A stretch of DNA of 64,000 bases from Polyangiaceae bacterium (lineage in GTDB: Bacteria > Myxococcota_A > Polyangia > Polyangiales > Polyangiaceae). The notes beneath the pieces were generated by a model. That model worked only from the letters and a program-made list of their open reading frames with translations, was not told the origin of the DNA and did no database searches. The translations under genes were made by a program, and so were the position numbers. Of the stretch, positions 39,953 to 49,118 are shown piece after piece (position 1 is the first letter of the stretch; every line of letters begins with the position of its first letter). The DNA is taken from assembly GCA_033763455.1 (NCBI GenBank), contig JANRKO010000011.1:1-64000 (forward strand), written 5' to 3'.

Positions 39953-40479
39953 TGCCGCGCCTTCAATTCCGATGGAGCCATGTGCAGCAGTCGCTCTTCT
40001 ACGGCCTCTTCCTCTTGGCTGGCGAAGTATGCTTCTACCCAATAGTTCGCCTCGGGAAAATGGCCCCAGCACCGCTTCGCTGGCTGTTCGCATTCGAATG
40101 GACGACCGATCCGAGGCTCGGGCTTGGTCACATGAACGAAGCCCCATTCTGGGCGCTCTTCGGGCAAGCGAGCCTTTGGATGATCCCGGTCTACGGCTCT
40201 ACTGCCGCCGTGGTGCACGCCGCTTACTTAGCGCTTCGAAGCCGAACATCTCGGCTGGTGAGATTCTTTGTCTACGCCGCTGGCATCGGCGCGTTGGAGT
40301 ACGCGTGGGGATGGATCCTCTATTGGCTAACGGGTTACGCGATTTGGTTATACGTCGACGCCTGGGCACTCGGGCGCTTTACGTCACTCGCTATTCTTCC
40401 GCTGTGGGGAATAACGGGAGTGCTTCTAGAGCCGCTTATTGTTAGCGTGGAACGCCATTTCCCGACAGGCACAGCATAA
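39949..40479 (+). CDS. Small multi-pass membrane protein (putative ABC-permease/CmpB-like family)
   Basis: ATGA overlap with the desaturase stop; GQASLWMIPVYG, LEYAWGW, PLWG. Confidence 0.65.
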   Translation: MMPRLQFRWSHVQQSLFYGLFLLAGEVCFYPIVRLGKMAPAPLRWLFAFEWTTDPRLGLGHMNEAPFWALFGQASLWMIPVYGSTAAVVHAAYLALRSRTSRLVRFFVYAAGIGALEYAWGWILYWLTGYAIWLYVDAWALGRFTSLAILPLWGITGVLLEPLIVSVERHFPTGTA

Positions 40480-41231
40480 TGTCCGGCGAGCCGCCAGAAG
40501 CTCCGAGGGCAGTTCCAAAACCTCGGCTAAAAGACGTCGTCTTGGAGCTCGGAACCCAACTGTACTCCTTTGCGCTTCAGCTCTTGGTATTGCTGAGGAT
40601 CTTACGTCTTCCGGCTGCATCCGACGGCCCCATCGTTGCGCTACTCCCGGGCTACCTAGAGGGAAGAGGATGCTTCTGGCCGCTCGCGCGCCACCTCCGG
40701 GACGAGGCATGCCAAGTTGTCGTTCTCCCGGCTCTTTCCTCGCTACAATCCATTAAGGCCAATGCCAACCGGATACTGCCTCAAGTCGAAGCGTTAATGA
40801 GGAACGGCCCAGTAACATTTATTGGGCATTCGATGGGCGCAGTCGTACTCTACCAGGCGTTGCGCCAAGCGCGTATTACGCCAGGAAGCACCTTGGTATC
40901 TGTGTGCGGGCCGCATCGCGGCACGGCTATTGCGAAATACTTCCCGGGAGCCGCACAAAACGTTCGCTTGTCCAGGCCTCCTTCGTATGCACTGCACCGT
41001 ATCCACCCTGTGCCCGTGCTCTGCCTTGGAAGCCGCGCCGATATCATTGTCCGACCGCGCTCAGCCGCGCTCCTGCCGGCATCGCAGCAGATTTGGGCGA
41101 GCGGCGGTCATTCTGCTCCTCTCCTTACGTCGGCCGGACACCGTGCGATTTTAACTTGGGTGCGCACGAGGACGAAGCCGGCCGCCTACTCACGCGTCCC
41201 GACTCCTCCCGGTCGCTTGCGCAACTCGTAA
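40479..41231 (+). CDS. Alpha/beta hydrolase (lipase/esterase)
   Basis: LLPGY, GHSMG nucleophile elbow, PHRGT, DIIV, GH; start overlaps the upstream stop. Confidence 0.85.
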   Translation: MSGEPPEAPRAVPKPRLKDVVLELGTQLYSFALQLLVLLRILRLPAASDGPIVALLPGYLEGRGCFWPLARHLRDEACQVVVLPALSSLQSIKANANRILPQVEALMRNGPVTFIGHSMGAVVLYQALRQARITPGSTLVSVCGPHRGTAIAKYFPGAAQNVRLSRPPSYALHRIHPVPVLCLGSRADIIVRPRSAALLPASQQIWASGGHSAPLLTSAGHRAILTWVRTRTKPAAYSRVPTPPGRLRNS

Positions 41232-42157
41232 CTCGCACTCTGATTGGGCAGTGTCGCCTCGCCACGCAGAGGTACGTAGTGGCCCCGCATGAGGTAGAGA
41301 GCGCCCAGCGCTGGTGATTCCGCACGCTGCAATTCGCTGAAAAGCTCTTGGGCCTCCTTGGCCTGGGTGCGGATCCGAGTGCCCATTGCCTTCAAGCGCG
41401 CGCCGAGTTGCTGAAACTCGCCGGGCGTTGTTGCGTTCGCTGCGTCGCGAGCTATCGACCCAAGCTCGGTAATACTCTTCCCCAACGCAATCACATCGTA
41501 CCCGGGGTTGCACACCAACTGCCGAGCGATCGGGATCGCGCAATAATAGAAGTACGTGACGTGGATCGTCACGGGCTGTGGTCCGGTTGGGCTTTTTGGT
41601 GGTACCGCGTGTAGGAGCACCTTCGACGAACCCGGTGCGGGACGCACCGTAACAATCGCTAACGCGCGGTTGTACGCGAAGAGCCCGGTTGCAAAACGCG
41701 CCATGGCTGACGAGCTGAGAACAGCGTCAACACTATCGGCCTCCCCCTTGAGCAGCCACATCGGAGAAGGCGCTAGGGCAGCCAAGGGAAAGGATGCGGC
41801 ATCCCGGATAACCTGAAGCCGCGCCCCCGCACCACGCTGCGCCGCAGTAGAATTCCCCCCTTCTTTGCGCATTCCGCCGACCTGCGAAAGAAAGCCTCGA
41901 ACGGCTTCGTCTTCGTTGGTGCTCCCGCCGGTGAGGGCTCCACGCGGCGCATTCCCGTAGTACTTTGGATCATCCTCCAAGACGACGATCGCGGAGCGGG
42001 CACCCAGAATGGCTGAGTGCCGCACCACGAGCTTGCCTGCTGCGATGAGAGCAAGCTGAAGGATGCAGAGAAAAAAGATGAAGACTGGCACGAAGGCCAC
42101 CAACATCTCCACATACACTACCCCGCGGTCATGCCTCCGCCTTGGCAAGCGAAACAT
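41186..42157 (-). CDS. tadE: TadE-like minor pilin
   Basis: DRG-VVYVEMLVAFVPVF prepilin motif, hydrophobic helix, HSAILGARSA. Confidence 0.8.
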   Translation of the reverse strand: MFRLPRRRHDRGVVYVEMLVAFVPVFIFFLCILQLALIAAGKLVVRHSAILGARSAIVVLEDDPKYYGNAPRGALTGGSTNEDEAVRGFLSQVGGMRKEGGNSTAAQRGAGARLQVIRDAASFPLAALAPSPMWLLKGEADSVDAVLSSSAMARFATGLFAYNRALAIVTVRPAPGSSKVLLHAVPPKSPTGPQPVTIHVTYFYYCAIPIARQLVCNPGYDVIALGKSITELGSIARDAANATTPGEFQQLGARLKAMGTRIRTQAKEAQELFSELQRAESPALGALYLMRGHYVPLRGEATLPNQSASYELRKRPGGVGTRE

Positions 42158-42160
42158 GAC

Positions 42161-42703
42161 TCAGACGAGTCCCGTTGAGTGCAACTCCTGAAACACGAAG
42201 CCGAGGCTCGCCAAACAAATACACGGCCCCATACGCAACTCCGTCAGCAATTCGGGCTCCAACGTGCGACGATTCTTGGCACTTCGGAAGGGGTTCACGG
42301 CCAATGCGCACGCGTTCTTCAATACTCGCCAGAGCCCGCCATGCCACGTCAACTGCAGCATCGCCAGAACCACAACCAGCACATACGAAGCCAGCTGCAC
42401 TTCGAGGCCACTGCTCGGGCCGAACCACACCCCAAGCGCTGCGAAAAGCTTCAAATCTCCACCGCCAATCGCTCGCCCTTTAGACCCGAAGTAGAGGATC
42501 CCCGGCACCAAGAAGCAAACGAGGGCCCCAAGAGCTGAAAGCATCAGCCCCTGGGTTCCCTGAGTCACCACGAAGAATACGAGGCCCGCTAACAGCCCAG
42601 GCAGAGTTAGCCAGTTGGGGATCTTTCCGGATCGCGCGTCGATAACAGCGGCTGTTGCGGTGAGGGCTAACGGAAGCGCCAGATGAATGTAGTTGAGAAT
42701 CAT
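42161..42703 (-). CDS. cpaA: Prepilin peptidase CpaA/TadV (A24)
   Basis: IDARSGKIPNWLT and IGGGDLKL aspartate motifs. Confidence 0.93.
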   Translation of the reverse strand: MILNYIHLALPLALTATAAVIDARSGKIPNWLTLPGLLAGLVFFVVTQGTQGLMLSALGALVCFLVPGILYFGSKGRAIGGGDLKLFAALGVWFGPSSGLEVQLASYVLVVVLAMLQLTWHGGLWRVLKNACALAVNPFRSAKNRRTLEPELLTELRMGPCICLASLGFVFQELHSTGLV

Positions 42704-42767
42704 GCAGATGACCTAGCGGCTCTCAGTACAGGCCAATTTCCGATATGTGAGATTGCTTCCAACCCTT

Positions 42768-42956
42768 CTACTGCATCTTCTCGATCTCAGCCCCCTGTTG
42801 GCCAACCTTTCGCGTGACGGTTTCCCCAAAAGCCTTCCACGTCCCAATCGCCGCCACAGCCACGAGCACAAGAATAATCACGTACTCCACCGTCGAGAGC
42901 CCACGCTCGTCGCCAGCGATTTGGAAGCGCGCATTTAACTTTCGCAGCATGTTCAT
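42768..42956 (-). CDS. flp: Flp (type IVc) major pilin
   Basis: DERG-LSTVEYVIILVLVAVAAIG; 62 aa; AAAGG SD upstream. Confidence 0.93.
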   Translation of the reverse strand: MNMLRKLNARFQIAGDERGLSTVEYVIILVLVAVAAIGTWKAFGETVTRKVGQQGAEIEKMQ

Positions 42957-43010
42957 TTGAATATACCTTTCTACATCTCAAACAATGAATTGAAGTCCAC
43001 GGCACCCCGC

Positions 43011-43060
43011 CCAAGTGAGGCCAGGTGTCGCCAAGTGAGAGCTCTTCGGCCCAACGTGGG
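43011..43060. promoter_or_regulatory. 10-bp-phased direct repeats upstream of flp
   Basis: CCAAGTG at 43011, CCAGGTG at 43021, CCAAGTG at 43031, CCAACGTG at 43051. Confidence 0.55.
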
Positions 43061-43091
43061 CTCAGTTGCTAGAAATTTCGGGCTCGCTCGC

Positions 43092-43304
43092 TTAGGGAAC
43101 CGGCAGCAGAAGCCAGGCCATTTGTGCCTGAAAATGCCGCAAAAGGGGCAACCCTACGGCCACGAGGGCAGCCACGCACACTAGGGAAAAGACCGTGAGC
43201 ACCACGACGTATTCCACGAAGACGCTTCCCCGCTCGTCCCAAGCGAGGCCGCCTGGCACCTTCAGGGGACCGGGAGCAAAGCCGCGAGCTGCCCGTGCCA
43301 TCAT
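43092..43304 (-). CDS. Second small Flp-like pilin
   Basis: DERG-SVFVEYVVVLTV motif; ATG 43304 overlaps the upstream stop; 70 aa. Confidence 0.8.
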   Translation of the reverse strand: MMARAARGFAPGPLKVPGGLAWDERGSVFVEYVVVLTVFSLVCVAALVAVGLPLLRHFQAQMAWLLLPVP

Positions 43305-43978
43305 AACCTCTGTGGAATGTGTGGCGTGCGCTTGGCGCGTGCTCGCACCACTTTTACTTTTGGCTTTTCCTCTTGGAAAGCTTGCGCGAAAAGGAGCACT
43401 TCGTCTTCCTGGATGTGAAAGGAGCGGGTTGGGTTTTGTGGGCGAAGCCTTGGCGCATCGGTGGTATCGAGCTTCACGTCGAGATCGCTTTCGGGAGGGA
43501 GCTCGAACGCAAGATGAACAATGCCGTTCGCATCGCTGACTCCAGCTTTCTGACCGTTCACCGCCACGGGCAGGCCGGGCCAAGCCTGAACGGCGAGCAC
43601 CACTGAGCGAGTCTTGCGCAAGCAGCGAGCACGGTATTCGATGGTCTTCAGGGCTCCTTCGCCGCCCACTGCGTAAAGAGGACGCAACTCCAGCGGCAAC
43701 AACGCACCTTCCAGAGAATGCTTTGCCGGGCAGTCAATGCGAACGGGCAAGCTGGCTCCGGCTACTCCGTGTAGCGAATGTTTGAAGAGGCCAGCGCTAT
43801 CGGTTGTACCCCGCACGCCCCTGGCCTCGAACACCGCCCCTTCAAGCGGTTCATCCCGATCATCCACAACGCTCACCACGATTGGGAACGCGGCTCGCGT
43901 CGCCTGGGGCTCGCAGCCGAGCGTAGATGTTACACTCCAAATGCCCACAAGGGCTCGCAACCATTGACGACTATTCAT
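43301..43978 (-). CDS. Hypothetical lipoprotein with two beta-sandwich (carboxypeptidase-regulatory-like) repeats
   Basis: TLGC lipobox; VVDDRDEPLEGA..GTTDSAG and GVSDANG; coupled within the tad operon. Confidence 0.65.
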   Translation of the reverse strand: MNSRQWLRALVGIWSVTSTLGCEPQATRAAFPIVVSVVDDRDEPLEGAVFEARGVRGTTDSAGLFKHSLHGVAGASLPVRIDCPAKHSLEGALLPLELRPLYAVGGEGALKTIEYRARCLRKTRSVVLAVQAWPGLPVAVNGQKAGVSDANGIVHLAFELPPESDLDVKLDTTDAPRLRPQNPTRSFHIQEDEVLLFAQAFQEEKPKVKVVRARAKRTPHIPQRL

Positions 43979-44910
43979 GGCGTTTGAGCCTCCTTTCTTG
44001 CGACGCGCGCGTGCTTTTTCTCAAGGATTTCCGCGGCCACTTGGAACGCGCGTTGGTCTGGGAACTGTTGGGCCAATTGGCGATAAGCACTCAACGCGGC
44101 GTCTAATCTTCCGGCTCGCAGCTGTTCAACTGCTTGCGCCGCAAGCTCGTTGGCAGGGGGTGATGGATTGGGTGCCTCTACTTGGGTATTCGCTCGCTCG
44201 GGGGTGCGCGCCTTCTCAGGTTTCTGCGTTGTGCTCCCCTCGGGAACTGCCGCGGGGATTGTTCTCTCTGATGCATGTGGCGTAGCGCGCAACGGCTTCG
44301 CTTCTTCACGATGTTCGGCCTGAGAAATCTGACGATGTGCTTGCCACCAGACGCCCCCAAAGGCTGCCATAAGCGTGCAACTCGCAGCGGCGACGGCCCC
44401 GAGAACCATTTGGAGATTGCCGGAGCGCGCTGCTTTCCGCGTCTTTCGCTCAACGCTTTCACGGCGTGCTGTATTGACCTCTGCTTGAGGCTCTGGCGGT
44501 CGCTGTGGAGCTGCAGCGGTGGCCGGCGGCACAATCACTGCCTCGGCTTGGGTTCGCATATCGAGATCAAGCACCGGAAACGGACGAATGGGTGCGCCGA
44601 CGGGGACGTGCTGAGCGGCAGCCGGAGCTGCCGCCCCAACCGGACCATGCAAAGGTGACGCCACTGTTACCTGCTGTGGCGGCCCATCGACCACCGTTAG
44701 CGGCAAAAACAGCGTCATTTCCCCCTGAACAGGCGCCGGCGCTGGCTCGTGCACTGCGAAATTCACAATGGCCGTCGGCGCATCGTAGCTACCCGCAAGA
44801 TCGCGCGTAGGTGTATCGAGATTGAGGCCCACGGGAGACTTTCGCTGCGGAAGATCGAAACGCGTCGCTTCTTCCACGCTCGTGTGCCCCTGACGCCGCG
44901 GGTCGTTCAT
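43975..44910 (-). CDS. Hypothetical single-pass membrane protein with Pro/Thr-rich N-terminus and C-terminal TPR-like helix pair
   Basis: TM segment MVLGAVAAASCTLMAAFGGVWW; C-terminal AGRLDAALSAYRQLAQQFPD; ATGA coupling to cpaF. Confidence 0.65.
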   Translation of the reverse strand: MNDPRRQGHTSVEEATRFDLPQRKSPVGLNLDTPTRDLAGSYDAPTAIVNFAVHEPAPAPVQGEMTLFLPLTVVDGPPQQVTVASPLHGPVGAAAPAAAQHVPVGAPIRPFPVLDLDMRTQAEAVIVPPATAAAPQRPPEPQAEVNTARRESVERKTRKAARSGNLQMVLGAVAAASCTLMAAFGGVWWQAHRQISQAEHREEAKPLRATPHASERTIPAAVPEGSTTQKPEKARTPERANTQVEAPNPSPPANELAAQAVEQLRAGRLDAALSAYRQLAQQFPDQRAFQVAAEILEKKHARVARKEAQTP

Positions 44911-46016
44911 GCTTGCCTCCGCAACGCTTCCGAGGCAGCAGCCAGCATGCTGGGCGGCAATGCAACCCCTGTCGCGACCATGAGCGGTTCACAGCGCGGC
45001 AAAGCGCCCGAGGGAGCCAGGCGGTACGCGCCATCGCTGCCATATTTGCCCTCGAAGAGATGGCAGATCTTAAACTCACCCTTTTCGTCGGTGCCGCGCA
45101 CTTCGCTGATATGGGACACCTTGCGGCTACCGTCCTTCAGGCGTGTGACCTGCACGATAATGTCGATACCTGAGCCCAGCTGAGAGCGAAGCGCTAACAA
45201 GGGAAGCTCCACGTCGGCCATGAGCGCCATCGTTTCTAAGCGACTCATGGCATCGCGCGGATACGAAGCGTGCACGGTGGACAGGCAACCACCGTGACCC
45301 GAGGTCATCGCCTGGATCAGATCGAGAGCCTCGCCGCTGCGGATCTCGCCGATCACGATGCGATCCGGGCGCAGGCGCAACGTAGCTTTAAAGAGATCTC
45401 GAATGGAAACGGCGCCCTTTCCGCGAGGATCTGGGGCACGTGTTTCCAGCTGCACCACGTGGTCGTGCTGGAGTTGCAGTTCCCGGGCGTCCTCAATCAC
45501 CACGATGCGATCACCTTTAGGAATGAACGACGAGAGAGCGTTCAACATGCTCGTCTTGCCCGTGCCGGTGCCCCCCGCCACGATGATGTTTTGCTGGCAG
45601 ATCACGAGGCCTTTGAGCAATGCGGCTGCGTCTTCGGGCAAAGCCCCCACCTCCACCAAGCGCCCAATGGTGAGCTTGCTCTTCGAAAAGCGACGAATGG
45701 CAACGCTTGGGCCATCTGGGGCCACAGGCGGTAGCACCGCTTCAACACGCGAACCATCCGGCAGGTGCCCTTCTAAGATTGGGTGTTCCTCGTCCAACGG
45801 CCGCCCCACGAACTGGGCGATATTGCGCAGCGCCGAAAGCAGCGCTTCCGATGACGAGAACTTGGTATCCGTGAGCACTAGCTGGCCCCGGCGCTCCACG
45901 TAGATCCTATCAGGACCATTGATCATGACCTCACTGACGGACTCATCTTCCAGATGCGCTCGGATTGGCTCCAAGAAATGTATTACTGACTCGGCAAAAA
46001 CCTCTTTGGGGATCAC
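44907..46016 (-). CDS. cpaF: CpaF/TadA ATPase, short form without FHA
   Basis: SEVMING, LPDGSRV, IRRF, Walker A GGTGTGKT, IEDARELQ, RLRPDRIVIGEIR, SGHGG..TVHA. Confidence 0.95.
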   Translation of the reverse strand: MIPKEVFAESVIHFLEPIRAHLEDESVSEVMINGPDRIYVERRGQLVLTDTKFSSSEALLSALRNIAQFVGRPLDEEHPILEGHLPDGSRVEAVLPPVAPDGPSVAIRRFSKSKLTIGRLVEVGALPEDAAALLKGLVICQQNIIVAGGTGTGKTSMLNALSSFIPKGDRIVVIEDARELQLQHDHVVQLETRAPDPRGKGAVSIRDLFKATLRLRPDRIVIGEIRSGEALDLIQAMTSGHGGCLSTVHASYPRDAMSRLETMALMADVELPLLALRSQLGSGIDIIVQVTRLKDGSRKVSHISEVRGTDEKGEFKICHLFEGKYGSDGAYRLAPSGALPRCEPLMVATGVALPPSMLAAASEALRRQA

Positions 46017-46666
46017 AGAACTTCCTCCGAAATTGGGCTGGGAATGGGTGAGGCTTGCTGCATTCGCTGCATTTGTTCCCGCACCTCAACAGCGTCCGGG
46101 CCGTTTGGTTGGAGCTTCAAATACGCTGCCAACCGCTGCTCGGCACTTGGGTAGTCGCCACGTTCGAGCAACAGCTCGCCAGCCAAGCGCAGCGCAGGTG
46201 CGTGGTCAGGCTTGCGCGCCAAAACTTGATCTAGCTCCCGAATGGCACGATCCGAATCTCCGATGCCAGCGTAGAGTGTCGCTATTAAGTAGCGAAGCTC
46301 CACATTGTCCGACTGTTCACGCAAGTACGGCGAAGCATAACTCAGCGCACTTCGAAAACGCCCGGCGCGCACGCAGACGCTCACCAACTTTGGCAGCACA
46401 AAAGCGGGGTTCGCGCCCATTTCCAACGCCGCACTGAAATATTGCTCGGCTCTTATCGTTTCACCAACGCGTGCCAAGGCTTCAGCTTCTCTGACAAGCT
46501 GAGCGGGCGTCTCACTACTGGGAGACTTCGCCGATACCGCTTGATTCGGGCCAGCACAGGCGCTCAACACTCCCAGCGAAAGCGCGCAGACCAAGCCGAT
46601 CTGCGCGATGCTACGGGCTCGAATTATTCGTCGGATGGCTAACGATGGGGGACGGAGTTCAAACAT
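46013..46666 (-). CDS. TPR lipoprotein (TadD/pilotin-like position)
   Basis: LSAC lipobox; TPRs AIRELDQVLARKPDH and YLKLQPNGPDA. Confidence 0.7.
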   Translation of the reverse strand: MFELRPPSLAIRRIIRARSIAQIGLVCALSLGVLSACAGPNQAVSAKSPSSETPAQLVREAEALARVGETIRAEQYFSAALEMGANPAFVLPKLVSVCVRAGRFRSALSYASPYLREQSDNVELRYLIATLYAGIGDSDRAIRELDQVLARKPDHAPALRLAGELLLERGDYPSAEQRLAAYLKLQPNGPDAVEVREQMQRMQQASPIPSPISEEVL

Positions 46667-46717
46667 GACCCCTTCCCTTCGGCCGCTCCCGAAGCCGGTT
46701 GCGTGTTTTCAGAATCG

Positions 46718-47317
46718 CTATTTCTTTGACGATTTCGACAATTTTGCCTCGGTATCCACCTCTAGGACCCGTAGGCGTTCGCCGAACGCTCCACCGTTCT
46801 TGCCCCAGAGCGCCTTGAGCGCCCGAAGTTCACTCAATTCTTCCTCTGGCTGGCCATTTTCGCGAGCCAACTCGGAGCGCAGCAGGTGTGCCTGAAACGA
46901 GCGCCATATCTCAGTGCGCCATTCAACCGCCTGCATGCGCAATGCTTGAGAGCGCGCTGCCACTCCTGCGTTCTCAAGGCACGCCGCAGCCTCGCTGAGC
47001 AATCCCACCGCCTCAATCCCGTCGGAGGGCTCAAACGGCGCTCGCTCCTTCTTGGCGAAGGCCGCCTGTTCAGAAGTTCGAGCACGCTCCGCGGGAGCTT
47101 CCCCAGGCTTGGCGTGGCAACCTGTGACTGTACCGAACAGATCCTGCTCGGTGGGGCGCGTGGAGGGGGATTCGATATGCCCCACCCCATCATTCGCGAA
47201 CGAGAACAGCAGGGCGCCCACCGCACCTGCGGCAACGAGTGCCAAAATCAGCGTACGGCTCTTGGACCCCTCCGGCGCGCTTCCGTCTCCCGCGTTTATC
47301 GCTTGAATATCTGTCAT
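46718..47317 (-). CDS. Hypothetical single-pass membrane protein of the tad cluster
   Basis: TM LILALVAAGAVGALLFSF then a helical domain; lies between tadC and the TPR gene. Confidence 0.6.
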   Translation of the reverse strand: MTDIQAINAGDGSAPEGSKSRTLILALVAAGAVGALLFSFANDGVGHIESPSTRPTEQDLFGTVTGCHAKPGEAPAERARTSEQAAFAKKERAPFEPSDGIEAVGLLSEAAACLENAGVAARSQALRMQAVEWRTEIWRSFQAHLLRSELARENGQPEEELSELRALKALWGKNGGAFGERLRVLEVDTEAKLSKSSKK

Positions 47318-47338
47318 AAGAATTGACCCTTTGCGTGT

Positions 47339-48256
47339 TTAGAAACCTGCGCCCGTTACGATAAAAGGGCCCATTAACAGCAGCAAAATGCAGCCAAAAA
47401 CGAACACCATCGGAATAATCATCAACACGCCCGCACGTGTGGCTGCTTCCTCGGCCATGACGGTTCGCTGCCCACGGCTGACGTTCGCCTGGGTGAGCAA
47501 TGCCTCTGAGATCGGGGTGCCCTTCTCTTCAGCTTGCGTGAGTGCGCGCACCAAATCCCGAACCGAAGATGCCGGCGTTCGTTGCTCAAAGGCCGCCAGC
47601 GCCTCACGCCGGGTTTGACCTAAGTTGAGCGCCGCCAGCAGGCGTTCGATTTCCGCACCGAGTGGATCTCCAGCGGGTGCTTCCCGAGCAACCATCGCAA
47701 GCGAGGACGGGAAATCCAAGCCTGCGCTTGTGCAGAGAGCCGCTAGATCTATCGCCGCTGGCAAACGCCGCCCAATCGATTTCAAACGCAGCCGCATCGC
47801 GGACTCCACTTGGAGATGAATGATCGCCGGCCCACCTACGACCCCGAGCACCAAGTACAACATACCTTGACCCGTGAGCTCACTCAGCCCAAAGCCCACT
47901 AGGCCAAACACGACCATAGCGAGCACCATGGCTCCGGAGAATTCATCCGGAGCTAGCCCCAAGTAATCCCCCGCTTGCTCCAGGCGCCGTGCCTGACGAG
48001 CGCGAAACGCCGCCACAGAAGGGCTATTGGGGAACAAACCCAACGTGTCGTGAACGATGCCACCCATCCAACGCACCATCGGCTCCACCAGGCGAAAACC
48101 GCCTGATTCCGCTAGCGCTTGGTCGCGCGCCCTGGCGCGATATCCACGCCGACCTTCTCCCAAAGGCCGCACACGCAGCAACGCCGCAACGAAGCTCACG
48201 CTCGCGACAAGAACTAGGGACAGCATCACATAACGTAACATCAACAGTTGAGACAT
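47339..48256 (-). CDS. tadC: TadC (T2SSF-domain) inner-membrane platform protein
   Basis: LPAAIDLAALCTSAGLDF, GQTRREAL, QAEEKGTPI, AEEAA, PMV. Confidence 0.92.
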   Translation of the reverse strand: MSQLLMLRYVMLSLVLVASVSFVAALLRVRPLGEGRRGYRARARDQALAESGGFRLVEPMVRWMGGIVHDTLGLFPNSPSVAAFRARQARRLEQAGDYLGLAPDEFSGAMVLAMVVFGLVGFGLSELTGQGMLYLVLGVVGGPAIIHLQVESAMRLRLKSIGRRLPAAIDLAALCTSAGLDFPSSLAMVAREAPAGDPLGAEIERLLAALNLGQTRREALAAFEQRTPASSVRDLVRALTQAEEKGTPISEALLTQANVSRGQRTVMAEEAATRAGVLMIIPMVFVFGCILLLLMGPFIVTGAGF

Positions 48257-48272
48257 CCATTCGCTCCGCTTT

Positions 48273-49118
48273 TCAGAGATCCACTAGAAGGATCTTGCGG
48301 GCGGCGACAATCGCCGCAAGCCAGAGAACCACGGCGACCGCGAAGACCAAGTGGCCGGTGAGTGTGGTTTCAAGGGGACGGAAAAATAGAGGATCCATCA
48401 TGCGCACCCCGAGGTAGAGCGGGATGGGGATGGCTCCGATCACGAAGGCTTGCGCCTTACCTTCGGCTGTTTTGGTGCGCACCACGCCTTCCAGGCGCGC
48501 CATCTCGCGGAGGCTGGAAGCTGCAGTGCTCAAAGCCCGGGGCAAATTCCCTCCTGTTCGACGCGCCGTTCGCAGCACCGCAACCGCAGCTCGAAACGTG
48601 GAACTCTTGACCCTTTCAGCACCACATTCGAGGGCACCGTCGAACGGCATACCAAGCTGCACTTCCTTCAGAATCAGTTCCACTTCCGAAAGCAGTGGCT
48701 CTGAGATCACCGCGCACGCAGAGGCCATGGCGTCTCCCAAAGATGGCGTAGAATGCAGCGCGTTTCCCAGGGCATTGAGCCACCCCTCCACTTGCTGATC
48801 GATACGGTTCACCCGCTTTTGGCGCTCTCCAGACATCACCAAAGGCACGCTCATCAAGCCAGCTAAGGGAAGCAACGCGTACCAGTATTGATGCATTGCT
48901 GCCAACACGAGCGCCAACACCAACGCCCCGCACTGACCCAGGATAATGCTGAGCGACGTTTTGTCTGAACGGAGGAACGCCAACTCGCCATCCAGCCACT
49001 GTCGATACCGGGCAAGCTGCCGAGAAAGTGCTGGCACCAGCACCCAGATGGCGCCACCGATGGCAAGCACTCCCAAAGCGCCCACCACGCGCCCAAGCCA
49101 AAACCAGATCGGCATCAC
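48273..49118 (-). CDS. tadB: TadB (T2SSF-domain) inner-membrane platform protein
   Basis: EPLLSE..EVQLG, RTGGNL, VRTKTAEGKAQA. Confidence 0.92.
   Translation of the reverse strand: MMPIWFWLGRVVGALGVLAIGGAIWVLVPALSRQLARYRQWLDGELAFLRSDKTSLSIILGQCGALVLALVLAAMHQYWYALLPLAGLMSVPLVMSGERQKRVNRIDQQVEGWLNALGNALHSTPSLGDAMASACAVISEPLLSEVELILKEVQLGMPFDGALECGAERVKSSTFRAAVAVLRTARRTGGNLPRALSTAASSLREMARLEGVVRTKTAEGKAQAFVIGAIPIPLYLGVRMMDPLFFRPLETTLTGHLVFAVAVVLWLAAIVAARKILLVDL

Noticed and set aside
43305..43583. 163-aa version of ORF 43092..43583
   Set aside because: The upstream part overlaps the lipoprotein gene in another frame; the coupled ATG at 43304 gives a normal pilin length
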